NCBI GenBank assembly: GCA_051294905.1
Contig: CM119372.1
Span: forward strand, 23,498,001-23,562,000
Origin: Botryllus schlosseri
Taxonomy: Eukaryota
DNA: 64,000 bases
Direction of reading: 5' to 3'
Shown here: one piece after another, positions 33,221 through 48,200 of the stretch
How the letters are laid out: each line of letters opens with the position of its first letter
How positions within the stretch are numbered: the stretch's first letter is position 1
Made by a program: the position numbers and the translations under genes
Notes under the pieces: generated by a model
Seen by the model: the letters and a program-made list of their open reading frames with translations, nothing else
The model's database searches: none
What the model was told of the DNA's origin: nothing

Positions 33221-36200
33221 ATGGCTCAAAACGCAGTGATGGAAACTGGCTCTCCCAGGAGGACTGAGGAGATTGGCAACGAATTTCTTCAAGCCGTAGA
33301 TGTTGAAGATACGGAAAATGTCCTGTTAGAAATTGATAACAAAAGCGAATTGGATAATCAGGTAATTCTTTGGTAGTAATGATAGAGTAGATTCTAATTA
33401 TGAGTCATGTCTCGTAATATATCTTTTTTATTCAATGTAGTTAAAAAGATATTTGGTTTACAGCTATAATTATATGACCAAACGAAAGGATGACATAGTC
33501 TGAAGGTGCCCTAATTAGTAAAAATGCAGTCGAGCCACTGCAAAACTACAACATAACGTACTCCGTATCATAGCTAGGGGTCCAAAGGGGCCTGGATGTC
33601 CATCCAACAAGTCTCTGCTGAAGAGATTCGGTGTCATAAACATAGAAGATATGCGGAAATTCGAAATCGCCAAGTTTATGTATCAGTTCCACTGCGGTCA
33701 TTGCCCCGAATATTTCGATGACTTCAAAAGCGCACAAGTACAACACAACCGCGTCCACGTCATCCAAATATCATATGATCGACTGAAAAGATCATCGCTC
33801 TATCAAATGGCGAACCAGATGTGTGGAACAGTATCCCACCGGCCATCCGACAGTCGACGAGCATGTCCACATTCAAGTCGAAATACAAGCAATTACTACT
33901 AAATAAATATTAGTCCATCCTCAAGATTACCGGACCACGACCTGACCTATCAATCTCACCTTCCATGACATGCCACCCAATTTTTTGTCGCTTTCTCTTT
34001 TCTATACTAACTTCTTTTACTTTTCATTCTGTGTGCATGCCTCCTCTTTACATCGCATAGGCCAAGGTGGATGTCTGATTCTATAGACTACTCCAAGTCG
34101 CTTCGACACCTTCCTGTCTTTTCATTGTATCGCATTTTTGTGGTGTATTGAACTGATAAAAATTGCTAATTAACCAATGATGAAGTTCTCTATGTTATTA
34201 TAACCAACAATATCATTTTTGTTGACAAAATATAATTTTTATGTAACATTTGATTGCAGATCCAGTTTAGCGAGTTGTAGAAAATGATATGGCAGCATGT
34301 AGTTCCTACTGTGATCTTCAACCTGAGGAATTTTCCTAAGTTGAAAAAAAAATTGTAAATCATACCTTGCATATATGGAAACCCACAGGCCCGGGTTGTG
34401 CAAACCTTGTGAGAAAAGAAGTAATGACTTCATTTTTTGTTACGAGAATTCTTTAAATTGAAATTAAAATCTGAAACATGTTTCCAATGAATATAGGATA
34501 GGCCCTATGTACGTTAACTAAAATTCTCAGGCATCCATTTTACATTTTTTGTTTCCCAGGCATCCCCAGCTTTTCAATAAATTCATTGAAGCTTTGACGT
34601 TGTTCATCGCTCTCTGTCCGCAATCATTGTTTTTGCTTGACAATCAGACTTGATTTAACCACCAGACAGCATAATTTCTTTACACATGTATCAGTGATAT
34701 TATTGAGATAACGAATATTTCACCTAAAAGTAATTTTCATATACATTGCCCAAATACACATCATCAATCAGGTTTCTTAATATTTTCATTGTTTCAAAAC
34801 ATCACAAGACTGCGATACAATGAAAAGATAGGAAGGTGTCGAAACAACTTGGAGTAGCCTTTAAGATCATACACCCACCTTAGCCTAGGCGAAGAAAATA
34901 AGAGGCATGCACATCGAATGAAAAGTAATGCAGAGAATATAAGACACAAGCGACAAAATGAGGTGGCATATGTGGGGAGGGCGAGGCCGATGTTAGGTTG
35001 TGGTCCGGTAATCCTGAAGACTGGCTGTTATTCATTTAGAAGAAATTGCTTGTATTTCGACTTGAATGCGGACAAGCTCGACGACTGTCGGATAGCTGGC
35101 GAGATGCTGCTCCACAATTGGGGTCTGGCATACTTGTATTCAGTCCTGATGATATGGTAGTTGTTCTTCGTTGACGCGCGTGTGCTGTACACATCTATAT
35201 TAGTAGCCTATTACGATCAATACCACTTATTGAATCATTGTTGAGACAGGACACAGGTAGAGGGAGCTAAACTCTGATTTATTTGAATTGATGAACAGCA
35301 ATTGATTTCCAACAATATCCGACAGACAATGTAAGTAAGCATTTTAGCCATAACATACACATTTAAGGCGTGATGTCAGGTTAGCGTTAGAAGGCTAGCA
35401 ATTGCTGTCCCACAATTCAAGATTTTAAAATTTCTATTTCGTTTAGCTATTGAACTCAGACAGCTTAGTTATATCGCAAGATATCGATCTAACTAATACT
35501 GCAGTCACCCTGCCTTGGTCAAGTATGAGTATTTCATAATCTTGTGATGAAAAATTAATTACATCACCGTGTAGAACAGATTCTGGAAGCATCTGCAGTC
35601 AGAGGATGAATGGTGTGAAACCTTGCAGGCTAGCAGTGTTGAGAAGATGAAAGATGTGAGTAGACACGCTCTACTTCATGAGGATGAGTAGAAATAAACG
35701 AGTCGGGTTATTGTGAAAAACCAAATTGTTTCATTGAGAAGATATGAATATATTGATAAGAATAATTGATTACTGAATTATTTTTGATCTAACACTATAT
35801 GAGGCCCAAGTTGGGATGTTCAAGACTTGTTCATAGTTTGGCAACATCGAATTTGGCAATATTTCTTCATTTGCAGAAACATTGAAATTCAAATTTTTCA
35901 GTGTTAGGTTAGTTAATATTTCCATACCCACTTAGTCTTCAGAAGGGTACATCCTCAACAAAAGATATTGTAGCCGCACAATTTGCGGATTTGAAATGAA
36001 GTAGGAATTCAGTTAGAAGAGCGTGTTACAGATATGTGTTACAGAGAAGGTATAACAAGTTTTAAGACAATATATATAATTCCTAGATTGGATCAAAGTG
36101 TTTTACTTTATTGTATTTAATGTCAGTCAAAATCCTTCTAGCATTGATAAGGAAAATATAGGCACTACCGCAATATAATTGCTTCACATTTTATCAATGT

Positions 36201-39200
36201 ATTTTACATTAAGCAACAGTTCTTATCAATTCCTCTCAATAATTCTTGACAAGGTTTCTGTTACCCTTGTTTTTCAGGATCCGTATGACTCATTTATGAG
36301 AAGACATCTGGAACATTATGGCTATTTCACTGGTAGGAGTTTAATAACCATACCGTATAGCATAAAAGGGATATTTGTGTATGTGTGCAACTGCTTATAT
36401 TAGAAAAGTTAGTGAAATGCACTTATCGTTGGAAAGAAGATTAACTATTCCCTCATGTAGGCCTGTGTTCAGTGTTGAGCTGTTCACCCTTTTATAAGTT
36501 TTTAATATTGTTGTTTTTCTACTCAAACTATGTAAATTACTAATAAACATTCCCGAGTGGCTCCGTTCTGTTGTTCAATTTGTTGATAAAAGTAATACCA
36601 GTTAATTCTATTTACATGTTTGATAATTTATCTCAATATAGAAAATTAAAATGTCAGAATATGTCTTCACGAACAAATATACATCCAGTAGCAAACAGTG
36701 GCAGTATCAATCAAAAAAGTTCATATTGTTATCAAAAATACAAACATCATGTCTCAAATATAGCAGGGACATGAAAACAGGCTCTTTACGCCAGTAGGGC
36801 TCTTCAGACTACACCAGCCTACCTAATAGCAAGTATTTTTATTTGATATCACAAAGCTATTCTTGTATGCAATGTATCCATGAAAAGTTTTAACCCAACG
36901 GGGTACTTGATAGCTTTGTGGTTCCTTTGGTCCTCCACCTTCCGAGCACCTCTGAGTTGAAGAAGAAAGTAAACCGCCACTCCCTTCCTTGCTACATATT
37001 GCCAGAATCTTTGAAGTTCCTTATGGAAAGCTTCTTGGTAGTACAGAACTACAATATAAGATTGAATAGTATATTCATAATGAAATGAGCCCAAATGTTT
37101 TCGACTGACACTCTTGGTGACGATTACCCCCCGACGAGTGTCAGTCGCAAATATTCGGTTTCATTTTAATATTGAATATACTATTTAATTGGAAATTCCT
37201 TATTCACCACAAATTTTCTAATGTTGTGCCATTCACATAATTGAGGTATAGGTTCAGTGTCAAAATCGGTTTTAGTGTACCTGAATATCAAGAGTAACAA
37301 TATTATTGGCAATTCTGGTTTTGATAAAGCTTCGAAAGATCATTTCAAAATACTCAATGTCATGTTCTTAATGGAGATAATATATGTTCAAAGAATTGTA
37401 ATGTTCGGTATTCGCTTAAGATGTTTATGAGATATTGCTTCAGATAACAGATTTCTAGAATGCCATCGAAGGGTCACTTAACATGAGTGAAGTGCATGGG
37501 AAATTTTATTCGTGTATAGAGTATGATGTATCGCACACAGTGTGAATGTCCTTAAAATGTTAGAGAAACTGCCTACTTGACAGTCGTGAAATTTCGACAG
37601 GATAAATAGAGAAAGTAATTGACCAAGAGCGAGGGAACTTCTCCTTAATAAATTGCTGATTGAGTTCATTCATACTTGATAGTAGAATTTGGGGCTTGAA
37701 CTTAAAAATTCTTATCAACTTTCATTTTTATCATAATATACTGTTGACTTGATATTGCCAAGTAGCCTACATTGTAGGCTGCTTACCTTGTGGAATTACT
37801 CAATCATTCATTCTGCCCTGTCTTGAGTTGGAATTTCATCAAAGTAGAACTACACTAGAAATGACGATGGTGGCAAACAATGACTGCCTCTGATAAAATG
37901 CGATTTGATTACAGTATGTTTCTAGCACTTGAGTAATGAATCCCAACAACTATTTTATTTTTCCTCTTATAAACAGCAAGAACTCTTATCATATGAATAA
38001 CAAATTATCATCTTAATATCTCTATGCATTGAGTAAATGATGTAGGCTTTGATACCCGAAAAAAAGTTACTTGCTCTTTGTAAGTTGCACAAATTCTATC
38101 TGCTAAGTATATTATCTTGTGATATTGCTTGTTCAATTCAAGTTTTCTTGAAGTAATACAGTTTCTGCTACAGACTCGACTTGACAAATATTTAATCTGT
38201 TTTTATAACCCATGTCTTATGTGTTTCACTTGACCCATGATCCTCTTATGTGCCTTGGTGCCCTTGTGTTATATTTTCATTTGTTTCATAGTAAACCAAC
38301 AACTAACTCGAATCTTAACTCCCAAAGAAACTGTATTCAATGTCAATAGCAACAAGCGTCATCACAATGAACATTTCGACCCCCTGTCAAGATGTATCAG
38401 ATGGCAGGCGGTAGTTTCTTAGTTCAGGCAGTCACAAATCAGTAGACCAATTTACGGATTGTTTGTGTGTCTCAGCGATTCATAATGGGAATGAATGGTC
38501 ATTATTTACTGTCGTATGAAGCTGAACTTTCCGTGGAGAGCTATCTAAATATTTAGTAAGACAGGATATTTCGTTATCAATTGCTTACATAACACTTTGC
38601 TCTAAGCAATCACTAGATAGGCTTTTCAACTATACTGGCAAGAATCAGTCTGAAGATATACCGGAAATTTTTTTAACAATTTTAAATCCTAAAATCTTCT
38701 CAGAGCTGAATGATGTTTTTTTTATTGTGATCTCAGAAACACAATTCCCCAGTCGTGAAAACAGAGCATTTACGGAGTCTAATGAGCACGCAATGTTACA
38801 CTGTTACAGGACATACTGTTGCATTGTATTGCGTTGTATTGCATTGTAGTGCTAAAACGATTTTTTGTAGTGGTTTGTTCTTCCAATTTATTTGTTGTTT
38901 CATACTTTCATAATTACGTTAAATAGTCATTTGCGATTTGCATGTGCTCTTCCAAAGGTAGACCGAGGCAATTTTTGGAAAGTGCCGCTGGCGTAAAAAT
39001 GGTTAAAAACCACTGATTTAGACCAATTTATACGTAGAAATCTCCACCTTTGTTACGTAGGTTTCACTTTATCCCTCATTGTCCATTGTTTTCATTACAA
39101 GTAGTCGGTGGTGAAACACCTCTCATATTTCAATGATCTAATTACTTCGATATGCCCCTTCTGTATTTCAAGGATGCTTCATTAATCATTGCCCGAAGAC

Positions 39201-42200
39201 ACTTTGTTTGTGTGTAGGACATTTCACTCGGGCTTCCGATGTTTAACAATCATTGCTACCGATTGTGGAAGGTTTTCTATTTCACACTGGTAAATGAAGT
39301 ATCTGGGTATTTGATACTTGTGACTTGCTCTACTTCTCACACGTATACCATCCATACTCCAGACTGCCTTCGTCATTAAGATGCTGAAATCCTATCAATT
39401 GAGCTAATGTGGTAATACGTAGAGTTGATCGTTTCACATGGCAGTGTCACTCCTACTAATGAAAATATGAATTAGTATTTATGTTACTATGATGTCTTTC
39501 CGACAATGCGTTAGTGACTGACATCTATATTGTAAATGTTTTCTTTGCTCAGCCTTACAATGGCTGTGGCAACAAATTTTTACTTTCACGTCGATTTACA
39601 TTACGGGACACTCTGTTATCCAGTCGAGAGCGATTGAATGTTTGCTTTAGGCTGTAAACGATTGGAGACAAGTGAAAGACCAACAATTCCAACAACAGCA
39701 CTCTTCAAAACACCAATTGAAGAATGAATTTCAAAGCCGAGAATTGGCATGCGCACTCTATAGTTTATGTTACACCAGCTATATACTGAGCTAAATTTCA
39801 TAGGCCTACCATATGTGAGTGAATTCTATCAGTTTTACAAAATACAGATTGAGCTTATATTTGGTAAAAAAAAGTTCATTTTAACGTTGACAACATCACA
39901 TTACAACATTTTACTAATTGCCTCTTCATGAAATATCTCAACCAATCTGAACATACAAGACACGAAGATACTATACATTGCTAAGTATATTATCAGGTAA
40001 TGCAATCTCTGTGCCGCCAAATTCAACGACTTCTTCATGTTGGAATCTATTGCACATAAGTATAACACACAAGCCTCCTCGTCCTATTATAATACAATCA
40101 GTATAATCACAAGAGAACACAACACTCTATCAAGTATAATGGACCAAAATTGTGGAATTGTGCAATAAAATTGTGCATGTCCATTGTTCATGTGTCCACC
40201 TTCATGGCAAAATACTAGTAGATTGTAGGCTACTGAATGAATGATATCTTGCGGTTGAAATTACCGTGCGGCAATGTGACATACCGATTTTCCGACACAT
40301 GGCACTTCATTTTCACTACTTGTCCATTTTATGTTATCTTCTGTTGCTTTTCATTCACGGTGCATCAATAAATCAATAATTGTCAAATTATATTTTCATC
40401 CGAGCAAGACACACACTAAGTACAAGGCGATACATGAGTCACAATGAAATGTATTAAACAGATAGGAGGATGCCTTAACGAACAATTGTGGTCTCTTAAT
40501 CTCGCATCCACCTCGGCCTCATATCCGATGTCACTGTTTTTCATGGTAATCTTTATTCGGTGGCCGTTTTAGAAGCTCTTTCTATTCTTTGCATTCTTCA
40601 CCGAGTGTTTTTGTGGTCATTTTTGTCACCGTGAGAACGGCGACACAGAGCCAAAGGAGCCCAGATAAACCTCTAACACGGAATTGAACCTAGAACGCCT
40701 GCGTAGCTGGCTATGCATGCCACCACTGCGCTAACTTCCCTGATGCCTTATGCATATATAGGTGTATAAATTTTAATTTATATTTTGTGTAGGTGATGGT
40801 GACTATTCCGAGTCGTTTTGTGCTTTGATGAAAGTGTTGATACAGAAAACTCAACCTGAACAGAATTAAATCTTTCAGGCCGAAATGCATCATTCCGGAA
40901 TAATTTTGATGGCTTAGAAAACTGGCATAGGAACTATGACTTACGCTTGAGCGGTACTCACAGCCTCTCCGTTGACGATGATCACCTGAAGAAGATGGGT
41001 CATTTCAAATCACATAAAAACATCCCGATGGACGCAGGATTGGGACAGTGTATGCAAATTTCAAAATGCCCGTGCAGTGATATTCGAACAACACTGCTTT
41101 CTTGCTTACAGTTTTTGCAGAAGGTCATCCGCCGGACGATTTGCTGAGCAGAACAACGCAACTAGTGTTTCATTATCAAGCGGGAAAGAAGATTCCGAAA
41201 TTACGAGAACCGAGAAATTTGTATGCTCTTACGAAAGAGCCCGGACCCCAGCAGGCAACCAGGTAACATATTATTCGTGTTATACCTTTTGTATGTGGTG
41301 GTGAGCAGACACGGGGTAATCGCGATTAGTAATCGTAATCGATTACGACGATTACAGCATTTTTAAGTAATCGTAATCGCAATCGATTACATTTGAAAAA
41401 ATTCCGAAGTAATCGTAATCGTAATCGACTACTTCACATATCTAATCGATTTCTTGCCCTTGAACGATTACATTTTATTTGCACAGGGACTAAGACATAA
41501 ACTGAACATTCGTCAACAAGAAGATATTATACCAGATTTATTGATAGCACAAATGCCTGATTTTTGAACGCCACTGCTCATTATTACGTCAGAAGTATTA
41601 GCTTTGCTCGTCATTGCGTAAGAAGTATCCACCCTCCAAAGCCACAGATATGAAATAGGCATTCGATGCTCATCGTAGTGCGATTGTAAGAACACCTGTC
41701 ATGCTATGCTGTATATCAGGTTATCAATACTCTCCAGACGCCACTACCTTGCAGCAGGATAATAATCACCACTCTGCCTAGTTTCAAATAGTAACTTATA
41801 AGCAATGTTCCCTCTAATTTTTCGCGAGTCTGCGCAAGCACGCCAACTCACTGCGCAGGCCCTTGGACAACAGTGCGCAACCATAAGGTGATTAATCGGA
41901 CTTCTGGGGGGCTTCGCCCCCCAGACCCCCCTCGGGCTATGCATTTTTTTGCGGCTGCTTATCATCTACATTGTAACTCTGTTTGGTGGGTGTGTCGCCT
42001 GAACGCGCGAAGCGCGAAAAATCTCTGTAATTTATGATTGAGTAGGTATATTGCTATCAATTTTTATGCTCTCTCTGCTCACGTAATTTGATTTACCGGT
42101 TGAGCTCATCGAGTCAGGTGTGTTGGAAAAGGTATAGGACCCCTAAATAGTAATTAAAGGTCTTCGGGCGTACCTACTTATGTCTTCCGTTTTCACATGC

Positions 42201-45200
42201 TCCGACAACCAGTCCATGTTAAACGGCTCGCACTTCAATGTTAATTTGGCTTGGTGAAGGGATGTCATCATTAAAAGCGATCAGTATAAACAGTGACAAC
42301 CAGAATTAGCGAGTTTTCACTCAACGTTGGCCACACAGGCAAGCACCTAGTCCAGAGGTCTCAAACTCAAATGTGCTCGCGGGCCAATTTTCCAGTTTTT
42401 GACGACGCCGCGGGCCACAGCATCAATAGGCGTATTCTATGTCTTTCCAAGTAGGCCATATTCGACTGGATGAAATTGTCCTATTCAAAAGCAACCGACC
42501 TATCAGACTGACATTAAACACACATAGCAAAAATGTGATTTACTTTTGAACAATTTGGACCTGGCACGAAAAAGATAATCACATTTATAACAATTTGAAT
42601 AGGATTGCCGTTGTACTTGATAGATAATAATTATAAGATATAGATACCATGCGGATGAACAAATGCATGATGCCATCCTAAAAGCTATCGCGTTATAATT
42701 TTGAAGCTACTATGAATATTTTGAATTTAACAGATTGATGTTGGATATTGATCTGATATAATCACAGCATTTAGGGTTGAGCAGTGTAGCGTAGCCCAAT
42801 CCAGGATTGGGGTACACTCCCGATAACTGGGCTATTAATCTCATGATTGTCCTTGGTCAAATACCGTGGAATATTGGGGAATATAAACAACAATATAAAA
42901 ATATTATTGAATGTGTCATAGTAATAAAAATGTCGGAACGCCGAACATCGTCACATCGTTGGAGCGTACCACTGCGGTATTCAGTAGTCAGTACCTTTAA
43001 GTGGCCTTAATAACATGGATATAGGGACCCACGATGTAACTAACAAATTGCCAATTGTTGCCATAAAGACTTGCTTGGATAGCGGAGTACCAAGCTATTA
43101 CCTTCTGATCTATTACTATTCCCCATGACACGTGACTAGTTTGTTGCATCCATATATTTGTGACCAAGTTACGGCGTTCCGAGTCAACTTGAGTCATTCT
43201 CATTTTGTCATCGAGTCTGCCGGAGTCCGAGTAATTCTACGCAAGTTCGCGTCCAAGTCACAATAACTTACAAATTTCAGTCATGAATCATCTAATGGTC
43301 CGGATTTATCATCATGAATTGGAAATGTGGCAAAATAGTGAATCTTTTACAGCATGGTAGCGTTTGCAATTGATGTGATGGTGAAGTTTGATGAATAGTT
43401 TCAGGCTCTCGGAGCAATTTGAGAAGGAATTTTACCTTTTAAACATAAAAAAGATATGTGTCTGTCACTTATATATTGTCAAATACTTGAAATTCTAAAA
43501 TGTCTTCACGGGCCGCACAGAATAATCTGGCGGGCCGCGTGTTTGAGACCTCTGAGCTAGTCAAAACACTTGTAGCGACACAAATGGACGCTTGTAACCG
43601 CAAGTAGACGGCGAATCGTAATTTTGTACGACCATATGTGACATCACAATAAATCCGTGTACGTACATTAGGGCTCTTCAAAATTGAATTTTTTTCTCAA
43701 ATCGTACTGGCTACTTTATAAAATCGTTAGGTTACCTAATTTAAGCCTACACACAAAATTTCGTTCAATTCCAGCCAGTAACCGCTTTGCTACAGGAGAA
43801 GAAAGTTCCTAATTGCTATATAAAAATAAATGATGAAAAATTTGAAAATTTTCTGTTCACTCCATGAAAGTGTTAGGCTGTCTATAGAAACTATGCTCAC
43901 CAAATTTGGTTCAATTCCAACCAGTGGAAGAGGAGTTATTGCCGTCGAAAAATTTGGATTTGAATAAAATAGTATTTACGGTGAGCAGAACTATAATAAA
44001 TAAACAAAGAATCGGTCACCGTAAATACTATTTTATTCAAATCCAAATTTTTCGACGGCAATAACTCCGCTTCCACTGGTTGGAATTGAACCAAATTTGG
44101 TGAGCATAGTTTCTATAGACAGCCTAACACTTTCATGGGGTAAACAGAAAATTTTCAAAATTTTTTATTATATATTTTTATATAATAAATAGAAACTTTC
44201 TTCTCCTGTAGCAAAGCGGTTACTGGCTGGAATTGAACCAATTTTTGTGTGTAGGCTTAAATTAGGTAACCTAACAATTTTATCAAGTAGCCAGTACGAT
44301 TTGAGAAAAAAGTCATTTTTTGAAGAGCCCTAACGTACATGGTACATATAGATTACTAGTAGGCATACACAGTACACACCCGACTTGCACGAGAACGCAC
44401 TTCAAATCAATACATGCGATGGATGTAGGCCTACCGTGTTAAAACACTGATGTGATATCTTCCGCAATGCACTCATTACTATCAAGACATATAGTAATTT
44501 ATAATGATACGAATATTCAAGTCTGACTGAAGCAAGAACAATAATAGTGTATGACCTTTTCGACAGAACATTCCCGTTAAAAACGAATCGAATAAAATCA
44601 AAATTTATGCTGCTGCGAAGCTGATTCAACGTTGCGCAATTAAGCATATCCCGATCAACGTTTGTAAGGGGATTGATATTTTCAACAATATTGGTGCTTG
44701 TACTTGCATATTCTGCATATTATCCTATCTCATCACACCGGATCAGATTTGCCTGATGGAAGTGATGACTTCGAAAATTCACGGCATGTAATTGTACAGT
44801 AAATCTTATGCAATGTTCATGCAACGCGGAGAATACTATTCGTTAGTTTCCCGCAGAATAACTTCCATTGTTATTTATAACTTAGTTAAACCTTGTTATT
44901 TCGCCATTCCCAGAGAAAGACTGCGCTATTGAAATGATATTATTATCGCTGACGCGTACGAGACCATACTAAAAGAAACATTTTCTTCGTGAGGCCCACG
45001 TCATTGCAAATTATCATTTCTTCACAGTGCGCAATTGTACCTCGGTTTCAGACTTCAGTGAGAACACTATCTGCCCTTGACAATGTTCCCTCTAATTTTT
45101 CAAGGGTCATCGCGCTTGCGCGGTACCTTGGAGAACAGTGCGCAACGACTAAAAAAAAGTCATCACTTCAGATTTTTTGTGCGCAGCGTAGATTTTCTGT

Positions 45201-48200
45201 GCGCAGAGACCGTTTCAGCACTGCGCATTTGCGCACGTGCGCAGCTTAGAGGGAACATTGCTTATAAGTACTGACGTCTGCATGGTTATGCTTAGTTAGA
45301 CCGTTGTTGCTTGGCGGACAGTAGGCCTATGTACGTACGTACTACGTACACCGGACAAAGATTTGAAATTTTGTGCTCGTCAAATGAAAGAAACACTGCG
45401 ATTTCCACAATGAATTTGCTGATATATATCATAACCGAGCCGTCATTCGCCGTTTCTCGTAACGGCAACTTGCAGTATCTGTATTAAGTGGAAGACAAAA
45501 TTTCATGTTCACTTTATCTTTTTCTCCTATGACTCTACTTGAAACGGTCTCCAATCGTAATTACTTGATTCTTTACTCAGCATTTGGAACTGCCGCCATA
45601 GCCATCCGCTAATACCACACGTTAGCTTGGGTTGTAGGTGTAGCTAGAACCAGGACCAAAACAGCAAGTCGTACCCCAACTCCAAACGTTAGTCTTGGGC
45701 CCTATACGGTGTTTAATTTTCAGGTTGATGACTGGATTTCGTCAGAATATTGGTATTTACAATATATTACTATTCAATTTTAATCCTTTCAACCTCCGAT
45801 GGTCAGATTTACTGGTAGAGCTGGGTGCACGTAATCCCTAGTAATAACATGTGATATGTTGTTATAATTGCTTTATTGTATGTTGTTAATTCGTGACCTT
45901 CCATCTGTTATATAATCAAAATATAGTGTAGTCACCCAAACGCAGCAGACTAAACTTCCGTGAGACGCACACACAAATTGTCATGTCTTCATTCCTCTGT
46001 GGGTGCCCCCGGTGGCATTTGTATTGTGGGACTGAGATTGAAACGTCAGGACTATTCGTTACGTCCATCCAGCGCGGCTATTGACAATGGACACATACTG
46101 AAAGCTTCGGCCTAGGACTTACTTTGGTAGCACACTTCGCGGAGTCGCATGTTGACTGAATTTGCATATATCTTGGGATGAGGCGCCGAAATGCCTACTC
46201 CTATAACTTGGACATGCTTTTATTCTTAAGGGAGAGACGAATGCATTTCAAAATCAAGTTATTTAGAGACAATAATTTGCAAAGCTCGAAGAACATTTTC
46301 AAGTTAATTAAATCTCTCGAAAATACCCCCTATAATTTATGTTATGAAATACTTTGGAGTTCCCTTCGAGCTCGCTCCCCACCAGGGTTGTAACCAAGTC
46401 ACAAGTCAATCTCAGTTTATGGTTTTGACTCGAATCAAGTCGAGTCATTTTCAATTCACCAACGAGTCAAATCCGAGTCCAAGTCAGCTAGTAAGGGGCC
46501 GAGTCGGAGTCATTATATGTTCACTATTCAGTTTTCAGTACAATTCGGTTCAACCCACTTTTTCAACTCTGAGTAATATAGATGGCTCGCATTCATAATA
46601 TAGTAATTTTCCTCAGTCTTAACACTTTCTGGCCCTATTTGTCTAGTATCAGGACTGATAGACGAATTATCAATAATGTGTTAACTTTACTTCTCTTCAA
46701 AGTTACAATGAAATGTCTGTCTTGGCCGCCCGAGTCTCGAGTCGTACGACTTGGTTTGAGTCATGCATAATGACTCGAGTACAAGTCGAGTCAATGCAAA
46801 AATTGACTTGAGTCGAGTCATTTTACGCATTTGAAAAAATGACTCGACTCGAGTCGAGTCACCAAAATCGCGACCCAAGTCATTACAACCCTGCTCCCCA
46901 GTCCCCACCCTATTAGGGAGTTTGGGGTGCGGCAGTTACGGACATGGCAAGAAAGCAAATGAGTGGGTGCGATAAATCGTCATCTATAAAGCTGGGCATT
47001 CGGTAGGCCTATATTATGACGTAACACGCAAATGATATATCATCTATAAATAAAGTTGTTATCTCATTACGCCTTTTCATCACAATAATTATATTTTCTA
47101 CCAATATCTTCTAAGATTAGTTCTAAGAAGCAAAATAAATGTAATCGTGAGTAATCGTGATTACTTTTCCAATGTAATCGTAATCGTAATCGACTACTTC
47201 CTGATTTTGCTGTAATCGTAATCGTAATCGCGTGATTCAGAAGTAATCGTAATCGTAATCGATTACATTCATGAAGTAATCACCCCATGTCTGGTGGTGA
47301 GTAGCATAGTGATTCATTTCACTGTTGCAACACCAATGGGTCGTCGTATCTTTCATTAATTGGCTCTGTTTTGATTATCTCGTCTGCCGTTGTTACTTTA
47401 GCATTGCTATTGTTATATGGTACCTTTCAAAGTTTGTTGTTGCCAATGTTATAATATAAATTCCATTGCTATAACTTTGATTGTTATGTGATACCTTGCC
47501 ATATTGGTTTCACTTTTGAACAGAGGTGGTCAAAATAGTCAAGAAGCCTATCAAGTAGAAGTTGTGAGGCAGAATTGTACTCAAGTACGAGTAGAAGTGT
47601 GCTTTTCGAAGCGGCCCTTCAAGTAGAACTATGATTTGGTGGCTTTGAAAACTACACAAGTAAGTGAGTGGTTTTGAAAATCAGTTATAAATACACTCAG
47701 TCAAAATCTGGCAACTGACTTATGCGAATGGTGGAGAGAGCAGGGTTACATATATTTTCAACGGCATAAGGATTCCACCACATCGTAGGATACAAATGAT
47801 ATCAACTTACAGTATGGCAGTACACTCTTTCAGAATGAGTTGCATCAGATACTACACTTTGCGCGATTAGGAAGGCAAGCGAAAATACAACAGATAGTAT
47901 AATTCCAAATGTTTGGCTGAGCCATATCATCTGTCATGGAACTATCGTAAGGGCGACTATACGAGCTGAAATTGCACACTTGAATCACGAAACTACTACA
48001 TAAATGATATTGACCGAGACTTTCATGGAAACACATTTCCACCAAAGCACAACGAAAATTCTGGATTCTCTGCTAAAATCATCTCCGAATTTCTCTGTCC
48101 AGGTCTCTTTCTCCCCTTATTGGAAGAACTTAATACTTCTGCTTGAAAAACTGTAAATAGCGAAAAGTAAGTAAGTAAAAATATGATGACGTAGAAGTAG

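Larger units (their letters stand above)
41803..45260. mobile_element. Long/composite CAATGTTCCCTCTAA-family element
   Basis: Perfect TSD CTTATAAG at 41795-41802 and 45261-45268; a second left-type TIR lies internally at 45081. Confidence 0.82.
41306..47293. mobile_element. hAT-type MITE (GTAATC-repeat family) expanded to 6 kb by nested insertions
   Basis: TIR CAGACACGGGGT / ACCCCATGTCTG; perfect TSD GTGGTGAG at 41298-41305 and 47294-47301. Confidence 0.92.

Noticed and set aside
35570-35660. Exon-like segment [13 protein letters not shown]...KMKD with a strong GTGAGT donor
   Set aside because: Its open frame is not phase-compatible with the upstream exon ending at 33361; left out of the AGBL2 model.
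38292-38410. Possible extra AGBL2 exon ([13 protein letters not shown]...)
   Set aside because: The acceptor phase fits, but the donor is ambiguous; exons 36332 and 41121 already join in frame without it.
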